The translations under genes were made by a program, and so were the position numbers. From positions 800,001-864,000 of the forward strand of contig CAXXDQ010000004.1 in the NCBI GenBank assembly GCA_963664325.2: 64,000 nucleotides of DNA, written 5' to 3'. The stretch's first letter is position 1; each line of letters starts with the position of its first letter. Shown in pieces: positions 36,122 through 47,029 of this stretch. This stretch comes from Desulfomonilia bacterium. Its GTDB lineage: Bacteria; Desulfobacterota; Desulfomonilia; UBA1062. The notes beneath the pieces are model-generated. The model was given only the letters and a program-made list of their open reading frames with translations. It searched no databases and was not told where the DNA came from.

Positions 36122-37329
36122 TACACCTTCTCCTTGAGTTTTGAAGCAATGCTGAGGCCAAGCTGCCTGCATTGTTCTATTGTCTCAGCCTGTGGAACCC
36201 ATTTTGCCTTCAACGGGTCCGCCACAATGTCCACGCCTATTTCTTTAAGGTAAGCTTCAACCTGCGCGGGAGATTCTCCGCTCCATCCGTATGAGCCGAA
36301 AGCAGCTCCAATAAGGTTTTTGGGCTTCAGGCCTTTGATATAGGTAAGTACATCCGCCATGGACGGGAAGAGGTTATTGTTCAGTGTCGGTGCACCTGCG
36401 ACAACAGCACCAGCTTCAAGCAGCTCGTATGCGACATCACTTCGATGCGACGAATCCATTGAAATAAATTTAACCTTTGCCCCGCCTTCCACAAGCCCTT
36501 CCTCAATTGCGCGTGCCATTTTTTCAGTTGACTTCCACATGGTGTCATAGACGACAACTGTCTTCATTGTCGGCTTCTGGGTTGCCCAGTCCTGATATCT
36601 GCCGATTATGTGGGCGATGTCCTTGCCTCTCCATACCGGGCCGTGGTCGGGTGCAACAATCTCAAGTTCAAGACCGCTTGCCGTTATTGTTTCGATCAGG
36701 TTCAGTACCAGTTGAGAGTAGGGCAGCAGGATGTTAGCATAATATGTCGCGCCTTCAAATTCAACTAAGTCGGCAGGCAGTTCATCAGCAAACCGCTCAT
36801 CGCTTGCCAGATGCATTCCGAAGGCATCTTGTGAAAAGAGAAGTTTTCTTTCCTTGAGATAGCTGAACATGGAATCGGGCCAGTGAAGCATGCGCGTTTC
36901 AGTAAAAGATAGAGTCATATTGCCGAGACTGATTTCATCGCCGGTCTTCAATGAAGTGATATCGCGGTCAAACCCGAAATGCTCATTCAAGCCTTTTACT
37001 CCCATTACAGAGGCAAAGACCTTTTCCGGTTCCACTTCTCTGACTACTTCGGGCAGGCAGCCTGAATGATCCATTTCGGTATGGTTCGATATGATGATAT
37101 CGATCTTTTTCGGGTCGATTACCGAAGAGATGCGGCTCATAAGCTCATTCTTAAATGGCGCTTTTACCGTATCAATCAGCGTCACCTTGTCTGCCAGTAT
37201 CAGATATGCATTGTATGTGCTTCCTTTATGTGTCGTATAGCCGTGGAAATCTCTGATGTTCCAGTCAATGGCCCCTACCCAGAAAACGTTTTCGGCAATT
37301 TTTACTGCTTTGAAACCCGGCATCATCAA
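36121..37329 (-). CDS. fprA: Flavodiiron protein (FprA/ROO)
   Basis: GSTYNAY, NHTEMDH, HWPDSM, PDHG, flavodoxin GSYGWSGE. Confidence 0.95.
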   Translation of the reverse strand: MMMPGFKAVKIAENVFWVGAIDWNIRDFHGYTTHKGSTYNAYLILADKVTLIDTVKAPFKNELMSRISSVIDPKKIDIIISNHTEMDHSGCLPEVVREVEPEKVFASVMGVKGLNEHFGFDRDITSLKTGDEISLGNMTLSFTETRMLHWPDSMFSYLKERKLLFSQDAFGMHLASDERFADELPADLVEFEGATYYANILLPYSQLVLNLIETITASGLELEIVAPDHGPVWRGKDIAHIIGRYQDWATQKPTMKTVVVYDTMWKSTEKMARAIEEGLVEGGAKVKFISMDSSHRSDVAYELLEAGAVVAGAPTLNNNLFPSMADVLTYIKGLKPKNLIGAAFGSYGWSGESPAQVEAYLKEIGVDIVADPLKAKWVPQAETIEQCRQLGLSIASKLKEKV

Positions 37330-37357
37330 ATCTCCCTTTGCTCTGCAGTCATGCTGA

Positions 37358-37843
37358 TTATGCTATGGATTCTAGTTTACTGTTCAGCATGACGATGTGT
37401 TTCATCTCTTCACTGATGATTTCTTCAATAGCATCCTTTGCCATAGTCTCAGGAAGGGCCTTCTTAATGCCTGTATAAAAGAGTATGGAATTCTTCTCCG
37501 CATCGAGGGCCATTTTAAGAATTTCAGAAAGTGTGGTCTTTGCGCTCAACGCATCACACATGTTCGAGCCTTTAGCAAAAACTTTCCCTTCAGTGAAGGT
37601 ATGGATGTAAGCTGCTGCCATTTCATCAGGGTCATAACCCTTGAATGCATCGCTGAGTATGTCGGAACGCATTTTTTTGAATGTCTTTTCATGAGCGGCT
37701 TCCATTCTGGAAAGTCCCTCAAGCAGATTCTTCAAGTCTGCATCTGAAAAAAGGCCTGCCGCTTTTGTATAAAATGCAGTCCCCTGCTTCTCGATGTCTT
37801 CTGCCATTTCAAAAACTTCGTCAGCGTTAAAGTAAAGTTTCAT
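37358..37843 (-). CDS. Ferritin-like diiron protein (rubrerythrin fold)
   Basis: [26 protein letters not shown]. Confidence 0.85.
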   Translation of the reverse strand: MKLYFNADEVFEMAEDIEKQGTAFYTKAAGLFSDADLKNLLEGLSRMEAAHEKTFKKMRSDILSDAFKGYDPDEMAAAYIHTFTEGKVFAKGSNMCDALSAKTTLSEILKMALDAEKNSILFYTGIKKALPETMAKDAIEEIISEEMKHIVMLNSKLESIA

Positions 37844-37873
37844 TTTTACCCCTTTATAAAGATATTCTTATTT

Positions 37874-38398
37874 CTAGGCCTGGGTATTCTGTCCCTGTAC
37901 CGGAGGAACAAATACCCTTTGTGCAAGTTCGCGGTCAAGCATCAGAATTCCATGGCCATTGTCTCCTATCAGGCGGAGTTCCTGTGCTATGCTGTCTGCA
38001 TTGGCCTCCTCCTCCACCTGCTCGTTGACAAACCATTGAAGGAAAGTGTTTGTTGCATGGTCCTTTTCCTTTACTGCAAGGTCAACAAGCGCATTAATAA
38101 GCCCGGTCACCTTCTGCTCATGCTTATAAGTTTCCTGGAAAATTGCCAGGGCTGACGCCCATTTGGTTGGTGGCCCGGCAATAACCTTGAGTTCAACCCT
38201 GCCGCCTCTGTCGATAAGAAAACCGTAAAATTTGTCTGCATGGGTGAATTCTTCAAGCGCCTGAACTCTCATCCAGTTGGCGAATCCCTTGAGATTCATG
38301 GCCTGGAACTGTGCGCTCATCGATATGTACAGATATGCAGAATACAGCTCGGCATTTATTTGAGAGTTAATGGCAATCTGCATTTTTTCACTTATCAT
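37874..38398 (-). CDS. ftnA: Non-haem ferritin
   Basis: QINAELYSAYLY, EEFTHA, HEQKVT, WFVNEQVEEE; AGGAGG RBS before MISEKM. Confidence 0.92.
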   Translation of the reverse strand: MISEKMQIAINSQINAELYSAYLYISMSAQFQAMNLKGFANWMRVQALEEFTHADKFYGFLIDRGGRVELKVIAGPPTKWASALAIFQETYKHEQKVTGLINALVDLAVKEKDHATNTFLQWFVNEQVEEEANADSIAQELRLIGDNGHGILMLDRELAQRVFVPPVQGQNTQA

Positions 38399-38421
38399 GT
38401 GGACCTCCTTAATCGGTTTGT

Positions 38422-38796
38422 TTAGGCTTTCCAAAGGCCGTGCAGATTGCAGTATTCTCTTGCTGTGATCTCTTTGGCATCTATGCAGAAAACTGCCTCT
38501 GGCACTTCACCCGGATTTAAAAATTGCCTGTAGGCTTTTCCATCAGCTATGATCTCTATCCATTCTATATAATGTTTTTCCTCCATCGGGTGGGCAACCG
38601 AGCCTACTTTAACCTTGATTCCATGCTCGAGTACTTCGATTACAGGGACGTGCTTTTCTTTTGAAGCATCTACGGTGTTTTCCTGAAAGAGCTTCATAGG
38701 CTGGTGGCAGCATACGAGTTCACCTTTACCCTCATGCAAAATCTCCACAATATTGCCGCACAACTCACACTTGTAAATTTCAAGCTTCTTTGCCAT
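38422..38796 (-). CDS. dfx: Desulfoferrodoxin (superoxide reductase)
   Basis: [29 protein letters not shown]. Confidence 0.95.
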   Translation of the reverse strand: MAKKLEIYKCELCGNIVEILHEGKGELVCCHQPMKLFQENTVDASKEKHVPVIEVLEHGIKVKVGSVAHPMEEKHYIEWIEIIADGKAYRQFLNPGEVPEAVFCIDAKEITAREYCNLHGLWKA

Positions 38797-38817
38797 TTAT
38801 TACCTCCTTATATCTTT

Positions 38818-38836
38818 ATTAGTAATTGTTACTGTT
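38818..38836. promoter_or_regulatory. Putative PerR box overlapping the dfx promoter
   Basis: ATTAGTAATTGTTACTGTT (AGTAA-N3-TTACT palindrome); minus-strand TTGACA at 38860-38855. Confidence 0.7.
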
Positions 38837-38867
38837 AACAATATGATATCTCTATGTCAAGAATTTT

Positions 38868-39191
38868 TCAGTTGTTTATTTTTTCCCAAAGACTCTCATC
38901 TGTTGACTGCTTTATTTTTACTGCCAGCTTTCCTCCTGTTTCCTGTCTTGCGACTATACCGAACAGAGATATAGGGGTTGAACGGAAATATACCGCTGCA
39001 AGCCCACCCTCAAGATGAAGCACTTTCGAGTTGTTTTCAATATTATAAATATTTTTCAAGCAGATACCGCCAAGGCTTATGTTATCTATCTGTGCAAATT
39101 TTTGCATGGAGCCTTTTGTTGTGTTGATATGTATAAGCGCACTGTCCTCTAGGCTTTTCCTTGAATGCTCCCTTCTTTCGGTACTGTTCAT
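38868..39191 (-). CDS. PilZ-domain protein
   Basis: ERREHSR and NISLGG c-di-GMP-binding motifs. Confidence 0.8.
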   Translation of the reverse strand: MNSTERREHSRKSLEDSALIHINTTKGSMQKFAQIDNISLGGICLKNIYNIENNSKVLHLEGGLAAVYFRSTPISLFGIVARQETGGKLAVKIKQSTDESLWEKINN

Positions 39192-39249
39192 TGCCTCATC
39201 CCCTTTTTGATGTTTTTCTTGTGATGACCTTTTCTGAAATTAAAGACCT

Positions 39250-39561
39250 ATAAAATATTACCTTCCTATATACAAATCTGCGAAACATAAACCCTGCTTT
39301 TCCTGATTTCTTTGCATCATATAGCGCCTCATCGGCAAGTGCAATCAGCTGTTAGGGATTATCCTCTGAATTCTTTATAACGGATGCAACCTCTTTAAGG
39401 CATTCATCTCCAACAAGATGGCCATAACAGTCATTCATATTTTTAAAACTGTCAATATCAATCATCTCGCCTGGTACTGCTATCACTTCGGCAGGAGAGA
39501 GGCTGTCGTGCTGGTGAAATCTTTTGGTTCAAGCCGCTTCAATTGTAGAATATCCAGTTAT
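39250..39561 (-). pseudogene. Degenerate (REC-)GGDEF diguanylate cyclase remnant
   Basis: In one frame: ITGYSTIEAA* ... [27 protein letters not shown]...NP*QLIALADEALYDAKKSG; the GGDEF core is deleted and there are internal stops. Confidence 0.8.
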
Positions 39562-39853
39562 ACCTTAGTTTAAAGGGACCCTTTTTGGCAAAGTTTAATC
39601 CCATTAGGTCAAGATGCAATTTATTGTTCGGAGAATACCGGCTTCAATCTGGCTCAAAAAATAAGGGCCGGGAAAGAATATCAAGGACAGAATGAAAATT
39701 GCCGGACGATTTGTATCCTTTCCTGTTTGCATTCTTATGTATTGTTAATTTTAATTATATCAAAATACGATAAAAACTAAAATCTGCCTGTACATATTTG
39801 ATCTTTAATGATAAAAAACGCTTTCCGAAATGAAATAAGGACGGATATACAGA

Positions 39854-40069
39854 ATGGCAGCAGTTGGGAAAATAGTTATTGACAGATCATTATGCAAGGA
39901 ATGCGAGCTATGTGTATCGATATGCCCCGAAAAGGCAATAAACCTGTCAACCGAGATTAATTACAAGGGTTACCATCCCGCTGAATTTAAGAAGAAAACC
40001 TGTAGGGGATGCACTCTTTGTGCGATTATGTGCCCTGAGATAGCGATAGAGGTATTCCGTGAGCGATAA
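39854..40069 (+). CDS. 2x[4Fe-4S] delta subunit of a 2-oxoacid:ferredoxin oxidoreductase
   Basis: CKECELCVSICP, CRGCTLCAIMCP. Confidence 0.9.
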   Translation: MAAVGKIVIDRSLCKECELCVSICPEKAINLSTEINYKGYHPAEFKKKTCRGCTLCAIMCPEIAIEVFRER

Positions 40070-41123
40070 AGTACTGATGAAAGGTACAGATGCGATTGCC
40101 GAGGCTGCTGTAAGAGCAGGATGCAGGTGCTATTTCGGTTATCCGATCACCCCTCAGAATGAAATTCCCGAATACATGGCAAAAAGAATGCCTGAAGTGG
40201 GCGGAGTTTTTCTTCAGGGGGAAAGTGAAGTCGCTTCAATAAATATGGTTCATGGGGCAGTAGCGGCAGGTGCAAGGGCGATGACATCATCATCTTCACC
40301 CGGTATAAGTCTCAAGCAGGAGGGATTGTCATTTCTCGCAACACAGGAACTGCCGGCCGTTATAGTAAACATAATGCGTGGAGGACCGGGATTAGGCAAT
40401 ATTGCGCCCAACCAGGGAGATTACTATCAGGCTACACGGGGAGGCGGTCATGGTGACTACAGAATGCCTGTGTTTGCACCTGGCTCGATACAGGAACTGT
40501 ACGACCTGACAATGAATGCATTTGATATTGCCGACAAATATCGCTCCCCGGTCCTTATTCTTGGAGACGGGATGCTGGGGCAGATGATGGAGCCGATAAT
40601 CATCCATGAAAAGCCCAGCGTCGAACTTCCTCCCAAAGATTATATACTTGACGGGGCCAAAGGGAGGCCAGGTAGAGTTCTTAAATCGCTCATCCTTAAT
40701 GTCAGGGGTATGGAAGAACATAACTGGAAACTGAAAAGAAAATATGACCTGATGAGGCAGGAGCTTCCTCTTTGTGATGAATACATGACTGAGGATGCAA
40801 AGCTTGTAGTAGTCGCATACGGCACAGCTGCCAGAATTGCAAAAGGTGCAGTGAAAAGGGCAAGGGCCGGAGGACTTCAGGTAGGACTGTTCAGGCCGGT
40901 GACCTTGTGGCCTTTCCCTGATAACGCTTTGATAGAAATCGCAAAAAAAACAAAGCTGTTCCTTGTTTTTGAAATGAGTACAGGGCAAATGATCGATGAC
41001 GTCAAACTGGCTGTCGGAAATAGGACTGAATGCGAATTCTATGGCAGGCCGGGCGGTGTTGTTGCTGCGCCTCAGGAGATACAGAGAATTATCGACAGGT
41101 TGTGGCTGCAGAAGGAGTTGTAG
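40059..41123 (+). CDS. vorB: 2-oxoacid:ferredoxin oxidoreductase alpha subunit (VorB-type)
   Basis: GYPITPQNE, ESEVAS, TSSSSPGISLKQE, RGGGHGD. Confidence 0.9.
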   Translation: MSDKVLMKGTDAIAEAAVRAGCRCYFGYPITPQNEIPEYMAKRMPEVGGVFLQGESEVASINMVHGAVAAGARAMTSSSSPGISLKQEGLSFLATQELPAVIVNIMRGGPGLGNIAPNQGDYYQATRGGGHGDYRMPVFAPGSIQELYDLTMNAFDIADKYRSPVLILGDGMLGQMMEPIIIHEKPSVELPPKDYILDGAKGRPGRVLKSLILNVRGMEEHNWKLKRKYDLMRQELPLCDEYMTEDAKLVVVAYGTAARIAKGAVKRARAGGLQVGLFRPVTLWPFPDNALIEIAKKTKLFLVFEMSTGQMIDDVKLAVGNRTECEFYGRPGGVVAAPQEIQRIIDRLWLQKEL

Positions 41124-41876
41124 GTGGAAAAGATTTTTTCAAGACCTGTTTGCATGAAACCAGCGCCCTTTCATTATTGTCCGGGTTGCGGGCATTCAAT
41201 AATTCACCGTCTTGTAGGAGAGTTGATTGACGAAATGAACCTGCAGGAAAACATTGTGTGTGTGCCGCCATGCGGATGTGCGGTTCTTGCATATGATTAT
41301 TTCGATATTGATATGGTAGAAGCCGCACACGGTAGAGGTTGTGCTGTAGCAACTGGCATCAAGAGGGCGAATCCGAGTCTTATGGTTTTTACATACCAGG
41401 GTGACGGTGATATATCGGCAATCGGCACGGCTGAAACCCTGCATGCTGCAAACAGGGGAGAACTCATAACCAGCATATTTGTCAACAATGCAGTATATGG
41501 CATGACGGGAGGACAGATGGCTCCTACGACGATGCTGGGCCAGAAGACAACGACATCCCCTGCCGGAAGAAGTGCCAGGGTTGAAGGTTATCCCCTTAAG
41601 ATGACCGAGTTGATCGCTCAACTTGAGGGTTCTGCTTATGTGGCAAGAAATTCTTTAGCTACTCCTGCCAAAGTCAACGCGACGAAAAAATCCATTAAAA
41701 AGGCATTCGAGATACAGCAGCAGGAACTTGGTTTTTCGCTTGTGGAAGTCCTTTCTCCTTGTCCGACAAACTGGAAAGTTAATTCACTGGAGGCATTTAA
41801 ATATCTTGAAGATGTCATGGAAAAGGAATTTCACCCCGGAGTATTGAAGGATATTACTAAAGACAGAAAGGCTTAG
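41124..41876 (+). CDS. 2-oxoacid:ferredoxin oxidoreductase beta (TPP-binding) subunit
   Basis: YCPGCGH, YQGDGD, NNAVYGMTGGQ, SPCPTNW. Confidence 0.9.
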   Translation: MEKIFSRPVCMKPAPFHYCPGCGHSIIHRLVGELIDEMNLQENIVCVPPCGCAVLAYDYFDIDMVEAAHGRGCAVATGIKRANPSLMVFTYQGDGDISAIGTAETLHAANRGELITSIFVNNAVYGMTGGQMAPTTMLGQKTTTSPAGRSARVEGYPLKMTELIAQLEGSAYVARNSLATPAKVNATKKSIKKAFEIQQQELGFSLVEVLSPCPTNWKVNSLEAFKYLEDVMEKEFHPGVLKDITKDRKA

Positions 41877-41886
41877 AGCATCTGAT

Positions 41887-42435
41887 ATGATTACCAAGAC
41901 TATCATGAGCGGTATCGGCGGACAGGGGATCCTATTCTCAGGTATCTGCCTCGCATGGGCTGCAATGGAGGAGGGACAGCATGTCACTTATCTTCCTTCT
42001 TACGGGGCGGAAATGAGAGGTGGGATAACATCCTGTACCATAGCTATTTCCAATGACGAGGAAATAGCTTCACCTGTATCCTCCGAACCCGACTATCTGG
42101 TAATAATGGACAATCAGTCTCTTTTCAGGCTGCAGAACCAGATCGTGCCTGGAGGAGTGTTATATCTTAACAGCAATATGGTAACTGACAGGCCGATCAG
42201 GAGCGATATAGAAGTTGTTGATATCCCTGTAAATGACATTGCATTGGCCACTGTCGGTCTTAGATATGCAAATATGATAATGCTTGGCGCATTCGTAGGG
42301 CACACACATTTAATAAAGATTTCTTCAATTACAGATCACATGGCCGATATACTTGGAAAAGGGAAGGACAGGTTCAAGGATAAAAATATCGAAGCCATAC
42401 AGGCAGGAAACAACTTATTTTCAAAGGGGATTTAA
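41887..42435 (+). CDS. 2-oxoacid:ferredoxin oxidoreductase gamma subunit
   Basis: GIGGQG, SYGAEMRGG, NMIMLGA. Confidence 0.9.
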   Translation: MITKTIMSGIGGQGILFSGICLAWAAMEEGQHVTYLPSYGAEMRGGITSCTIAISNDEEIASPVSSEPDYLVIMDNQSLFRLQNQIVPGGVLYLNSNMVTDRPIRSDIEVVDIPVNDIALATVGLRYANMIMLGAFVGHTHLIKISSITDHMADILGKGKDRFKDKNIEAIQAGNNLFSKGI

Positions 42436-42436
42436 A

Positions 42437-42865
42437 ATGCCAGTCAAACAGTTTCGAATCAAGATGGAAAATAAATCCGGAAAACTCTCCAGTCTCAGTG
42501 AAATCCTGGGTGAACAGGGGGTTAATATTAGAGCTATCTGTGTGAGTCATATGGCCAGCGAGGCCAGTAATGTCTGCATTGTCGTCGATGATCCCAAAAG
42601 GGCGAAAGACGCTCTGAAAGCAAGGAGCATAGAATATACCGAACATGAAGTTCTCGCTGTTGAGATGCCAGATCACCCCGGCGGTATGAATGCAGTTCTC
42701 AAACCTTTAAGAGATGCTAATATAAATGCAATAACGGTATATCCGTATATCGGCAGGGCGTCTAACCCTATTATGATTATTGAAGTGGATCATATCAAGA
42801 AAGCTACTGATGTTCTCAATCATAACTGGGTCAAGGTCTGGGATAAAAGTGTTTATAAGCTATAA
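42437..42865 (+). CDS. Tandem ACT-domain protein
   Basis: ENKSGKL..GVNIRA, DHPGG; start re-assigned to MPVKQ. Confidence 0.85.
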   Translation: MPVKQFRIKMENKSGKLSSLSEILGEQGVNIRAICVSHMASEASNVCIVVDDPKRAKDALKARSIEYTEHEVLAVEMPDHPGGMNAVLKPLRDANINAITVYPYIGRASNPIMIIEVDHIKKATDVLNHNWVKVWDKSVYKL

Positions 42866-42885
42866 CGCCTTTCTGTGAAGAGAAC

Positions 42886-43311
42886 ATGTCATACATAATA
42901 ACAGAAAAATGCAAGGGTTGCGGTTCATGCGCAAAGGTCTGTCCGACTTCTGCAATTTCAGGAGAGAAAAAGGCGCTGCATTTAATAGATAAAAGCAAGT
43001 GCATTGAATGCGGTGTCTGCGGAAGGATTTGCCCTACGGCAGAGGCTGTTCTAGATGAAAAAGGTAATTACTGCGAGAGGATCAAAAAGTCCGAATGGCC
43101 AAAACCGGTAGTCATACGCTCCGTATGTTCCGCTTGCAGCATATGTATTGATATGTGCCCGTTTGACTGCCTGGGCTTGACTGAGCCCGAGGAGTTTCCA
43201 AGAACGATTAAGTCAAATGCAAGGCTGATTGATGATAAAGCCTGCGTGGGATGCAGCATATGTATTAATGCATGTCCACAGGAAGCAATGTATCTGGCAA
43301 GGACTTTATAA
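42886..43311 (+). CDS. Polyferredoxin (four CxxCxxCxxxCP motifs)
   Basis: [48 protein letters not shown]. Confidence 0.9.
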   Translation: MSYIITEKCKGCGSCAKVCPTSAISGEKKALHLIDKSKCIECGVCGRICPTAEAVLDEKGNYCERIKKSEWPKPVVIRSVCSACSICIDMCPFDCLGLTEPEEFPRTIKSNARLIDDKACVGCSICINACPQEAMYLARTL

Positions 43312-43926
43312 TCCCCTTTTCATCCTTTTCAGGGCAACCTGTCCGACCTTTACGGTCATTGCATAGCCTTCAAAAGCTGCATAAAAGATCCCAAAAACAG
43401 GCAGGAGTTTTAAAATCCTGTTTCTTGTCGGGAAAATCTTTGAAAGTAATCTATTAAACCCCTTGCTCAGATATTGGGGCGGTAAAACCCTGGTGACATA
43501 TTGTTCTGTTATTGTGGCTACATCGGCCTTATCAGTTTTATCTAGTAGTTCATATGCTTCGCCAAGAATCCTTATGACTTCCTCTTCAAGATTATCATCT
43601 CCGTTTCTTAAGCCGTTCATTAAAAGCAAGACAAGGGAAAGCTTTACACCCTGTTCAAGAATAAGAAAATTTTCAGTTCCCAGTAGAAAAAACGATACCA
43701 CTGTTCCTATACCGGGGAAAATTGATGGGGAATTTACAATCCCGCTTTTGAGAGCCTGTTCATTCGCCAGCTCTTCAATAATATCCTGCATGCATATGTT
43801 CAAGCCGTATTTCCCGGCATTTTCCAATGCATATATTGATAGTTTAGCAGCCCTGTTCAAGTTTCCTTTTACAAGATTATGAATCAATAAACCAAACTGT
43901 CCTGAGATTACATTTAATGTTGACAT
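43306..43926 (-). CDS. Hypothetical protein, EcsC-like
   Basis: PGIGT and LLPVFG..A motifs typical of EcsC-like proteins. Confidence 0.55.
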   Translation of the reverse strand: MSTLNVISGQFGLLIHNLVKGNLNRAAKLSIYALENAGKYGLNICMQDIIEELANEQALKSGIVNSPSIFPGIGTVVSFFLLGTENFLILEQGVKLSLVLLLMNGLRNGDDNLEEEVIRILGEAYELLDKTDKADVATITEQYVTRVLPPQYLSKGFNRLLSKIFPTRNRILKLLPVFGIFYAAFEGYAMTVKVGQVALKRMKRGL

Positions 43927-44117
43927 ATTGCTCCATCAGCCTGAAATACCGTTGACATATAATTTTGCTGATTATATACACGATAATATTCATTAGTAAA
44001 GGGGACGGGAAAACGCATTGCCAACAGTTATCCAGCCCGCGATCTCGTTGTTTTTCCTCAAATGGAAAAGCAAGCCTTTAACAAATTAAAAGTTTATCAT
44101 GCCAAGGAGGTATAGTA

Positions 44118-45302
44118 ATGGCAATTAAATCCATCAAGGATCTCAACCTTAATGGAAAAAGGGTGCTCATAAGGGTTGATTTCAATGTGCCGCTGGACGA
44201 AACTTGCAATATTACCGATGATTCCCGCATAAAAGCTGCAATTCCGACGATAAAATATGCAGTTGATGCAGGTGCAAGAGTTATTGTCATGTCCCATCTC
44301 GGAAGACCTAAAGGCAAGATTGTCAAGTCGCAAAGTCTCATGCCAGTGGCCAGGAGACTCTCGGAACTCCTAGGTATTAGTGTAAATATGGCTCCTGACT
44401 GTGTAGGACCAAATGTTAAGAAGATGGTTGATAGTCTTAAACCTGGCGAAGTGCTGTTGCTCGAGAATCTCCGTTTTCACCCGGAAGAGGAGAAGAACGA
44501 TCCCGAATTTTCAAAACAGCTTGCCGGTCTTGCAGACTGCTATGTCAATGATGCCTTCGCAACGGCGCACAGGGCGCATGCATCAAACTCCGGTGTCTGC
44601 AATTACTTAAAGGAAACAGCAGCAGGATTTCTGATGCTCGGTGAGGTAACCAGCATTAACAGGGCTCTGAATAACGCCAAAAGACCGTTTGCCGCAGTAA
44701 TAGGTGGCGCAAAGGTTTCAGGTAAGCTTGAGATACTTGAAAACCTGGTAGATAAAGTTGACAAACTTATAATCGGTGGAGGCATGGCCTATACATTCCT
44801 GAAGGCTTTAGGATTCAATGTAGGCAAATCCCTTGTTGAGGAAGACCTTATAGATACGGCCAAATCCGTTATTGATAAAGCAGGGGCCAGAGGGGTGAAA
44901 ATATATCTGCCGGTGGACAGTGTATGTGCTGCGGAACTAAAGGAAGGGGTCCCTGCTTATATAAAAACAACCCAGGAACATCCCGAAGATCTTATGGGAC
45001 TTGATATTGGACCTGCTTCCCGGGTTCTTTACAGTGAGGCTATGACAGATTGCCAGACGATTGTCTGGAACGGGCCAATGGGAGTATTTGAAATAAAGGC
45101 TTTCTCTGAAGGAACGATGAAAATTGCACAAGCTATAGGCTCATCCAAGGGCTTTACAATAGTGGGAGGAGGGGATACTGATGCAGCATTGCATAAGAGC
45201 GGCAATTATGACAAGGTCAGCTTTGTTTCGACTGCAGGTGGTGCCTTCCTCGAGATGTTTGAAGGAAAAGTGCTGCCGGGTGTAGCCGTTCTGGACAAAT
45301 AA
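44118..45302 (+). CDS. pgk: Phosphoglycerate kinase
   Basis: RVDFNVP, SHLGRP, LENLRF, GGAKVS, WNGPMG. Confidence 0.98.
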   Translation: MAIKSIKDLNLNGKRVLIRVDFNVPLDETCNITDDSRIKAAIPTIKYAVDAGARVIVMSHLGRPKGKIVKSQSLMPVARRLSELLGISVNMAPDCVGPNVKKMVDSLKPGEVLLLENLRFHPEEEKNDPEFSKQLAGLADCYVNDAFATAHRAHASNSGVCNYLKETAAGFLMLGEVTSINRALNNAKRPFAAVIGGAKVSGKLEILENLVDKVDKLIIGGGMAYTFLKALGFNVGKSLVEEDLIDTAKSVIDKAGARGVKIYLPVDSVCAAELKEGVPAYIKTTQEHPEDLMGLDIGPASRVLYSEAMTDCQTIVWNGPMGVFEIKAFSEGTMKIAQAIGSSKGFTIVGGGDTDAALHKSGNYDKVSFVSTAGGAFLEMFEGKVLPGVAVLDK

Positions 45303-45326
45303 TCATTATCCCTGGAGGCATAAAAC

Positions 45327-46082
45327 ATGAGGAGAAAAGTAATTGCCGGCAACTGGAAAATGTATAAATCCCAAGGCGAAGCGAAGGACTTTGCATTAGA
45401 ATTGAAAGGCCTAGTATCTGATATAAAGGACAGGGAAATTATTATCTGTCCGCCATTTGTTCATATCAGCACCCTGGTTGAGACCTTCGCAGGATCACCC
45501 GTAAAAACAGGCGCGCAGAATCTCTTCTGGGAAGATGAAGGGGCCTATACGGCGGAGATCAGCGGTCCTATGCTCAAATCCGTTGGGGCAAGCCATGTCA
45601 TAATTGGCCATTCCGAGAGGAGGCAATATTTTAATGAAACGGATGAAACAGTAAATAAAAGGCTCTATGCCGCTTTAAAAAACGGGCTTATCCCGATTGT
45701 ATGCGTCGGAGAAACACTTGAACAGCGGGATATCGGATCGACATTCAATGTTATTGACACTCAGGTGAAAAATGGGCTAAAGGGGCTTGCTGGCGGTGAT
45801 GTTTTCAGGCTGGTAGTTGCCTATGAACCTGTATGGGCAATCGGTACCGGGAAGACAGCCACTCCTGAGATAGCACAGGAAGTCCATGCCTATATCAGGT
45901 CCATATTGTCTGATATGTTTGGAAGCGGGCCATCGGAAAGCATACCTGTTCTATATGGCGGGAGCGTTAAACCTGATAATATAGATATTTTGATGGCACA
46001 GAAAGATATTGACGGTGCGCTTGTAGGCGGTGCCAGCCTGAAGGTTGATTCTTTTGAGCGTATAGTAAAATACAGGAGTTGA
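45327..46082 (+). CDS. tpiA: Triosephosphate isomerase
   Basis: GNWKM, GHSERR, AYEPVWAIGTG, YGGSV. Confidence 0.98.
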   Translation: MRRKVIAGNWKMYKSQGEAKDFALELKGLVSDIKDREIIICPPFVHISTLVETFAGSPVKTGAQNLFWEDEGAYTAEISGPMLKSVGASHVIIGHSERRQYFNETDETVNKRLYAALKNGLIPIVCVGETLEQRDIGSTFNVIDTQVKNGLKGLAGGDVFRLVVAYEPVWAIGTGKTATPEIAQEVHAYIRSILSDMFGSGPSESIPVLYGGSVKPDNIDILMAQKDIDGALVGGASLKVDSFERIVKYRS

Positions 46083-46087
46083 TTATT

Positions 46088-46474
46088 ATGTATGGAATTT
46101 TGCTTATAATACACATTCTGGTTGCAGCATTGCTTATCATATCAATACTGCTCCAGGCGGGAAAAGGCTCCGATCTGGGTGCTGTATTCGGAGGAAGCGG
46201 TTCACAAGCTCTTTTTGGATCAGCAGGACCAATGGATTTTATTAAAAAGGCAACAATAGTTCTTGTAACGCTTTTTATGATAAATTCACTGTTGCTCGGT
46301 TATGTGGTTAAGGCAAGACCTACTTCAAGCGTTATGTCTACAACCACGAAAGCCAAAGCAACTCAGACAACGCCAATCTCTGCCAAAAAACCAGTTATCC
46401 CGGCTGTTCCGGCAGCGCCACAGCAGGCAAAACCTGTCCCAGCCGCACCGCAAACTCCAGCACCTGCAAAATAA
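46088..46474 (+). CDS. secG: Preprotein translocase subunit SecG
   Basis: ILLQAGKG..LGAVFGG; position after tpiA; Pro/Ala-rich tail. Confidence 0.92.
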   Translation: MYGILLIIHILVAALLIISILLQAGKGSDLGAVFGGSGSQALFGSAGPMDFIKKATIVLVTLFMINSLLLGYVVKARPTSSVMSTTTKAKATQTTPISAKKPVIPAVPAAPQQAKPVPAAPQTPAPAK

Positions 46475-46564
46475 CAATTTAAGAAAATCCCACACGCGGT
46501 TTGGTCTATAAGACCATATCGCGTGATTTAAACCAATACCGGGTTCTTATCTTTTACCAAATTC

Positions 46565-46984
46565 CTAAAGTTTACCGGAAAGCCTGATCCATGCCCTGTG
46601 ATATTTGGCAAGTCTTTCAACTGCATCATTATCAACAGCCTTTATTCGTTTCATATCCATATTATCTTCCAGGTCGGCGAGTTTGATCTTTAGTGCAAGC
46701 GGATTTACTGCTGCTCTTTCAATGTAGGCCTCATAGGTTTCGTTATCCCTTCTGGTGAGACAGTCGAGTGCTGCAATTATATTATGGGGAAAGCCTTCCG
46801 CTTCAAGGGCTTCTAAGGTCCAGTCAGTATCTTCAACCACATCGTGGAGGATGGCTGTTATCATTTCTTCTTCAGAGCATGTTTTCATCATTAGCCTTAT
46901 TGGATGAAGAATGTAAGGTGATCCGTATCTGTCTTTTTGCCCGGAATGGGCAGCTGATGAGATTGCAATTGCCTTATCCAACAT
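46565..46984 (-). CDS. Stand-alone RelA/SpoT-type HD hydrolase (small alarmone hydrolase-like)
   Basis: H.GQ.DR.G.PYILHP, AILHDVVEDT, KLADLEDN. Confidence 0.8.
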   Translation of the reverse strand: MLDKAIAISSAAHSGQKDRYGSPYILHPIRLMMKTCSEEEMITAILHDVVEDTDWTLEALEAEGFPHNIIAALDCLTRRDNETYEAYIERAAVNPLALKIKLADLEDNMDMKRIKAVDNDAVERLAKYHRAWIRLSGKL

Positions 46985-47029
46985 AGATGATCATTGAGTG
47001 ATTCATGCTTTAATATTTTTAGGTGCGGC

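Noticed and set aside
46475-46560. Expected tRNA-Leu after secG
   Set aside because: Only an imperfect hairpin (CACGCGGT..TGGTCT/AGACCA..ATCGCGTG); no cloverleaf
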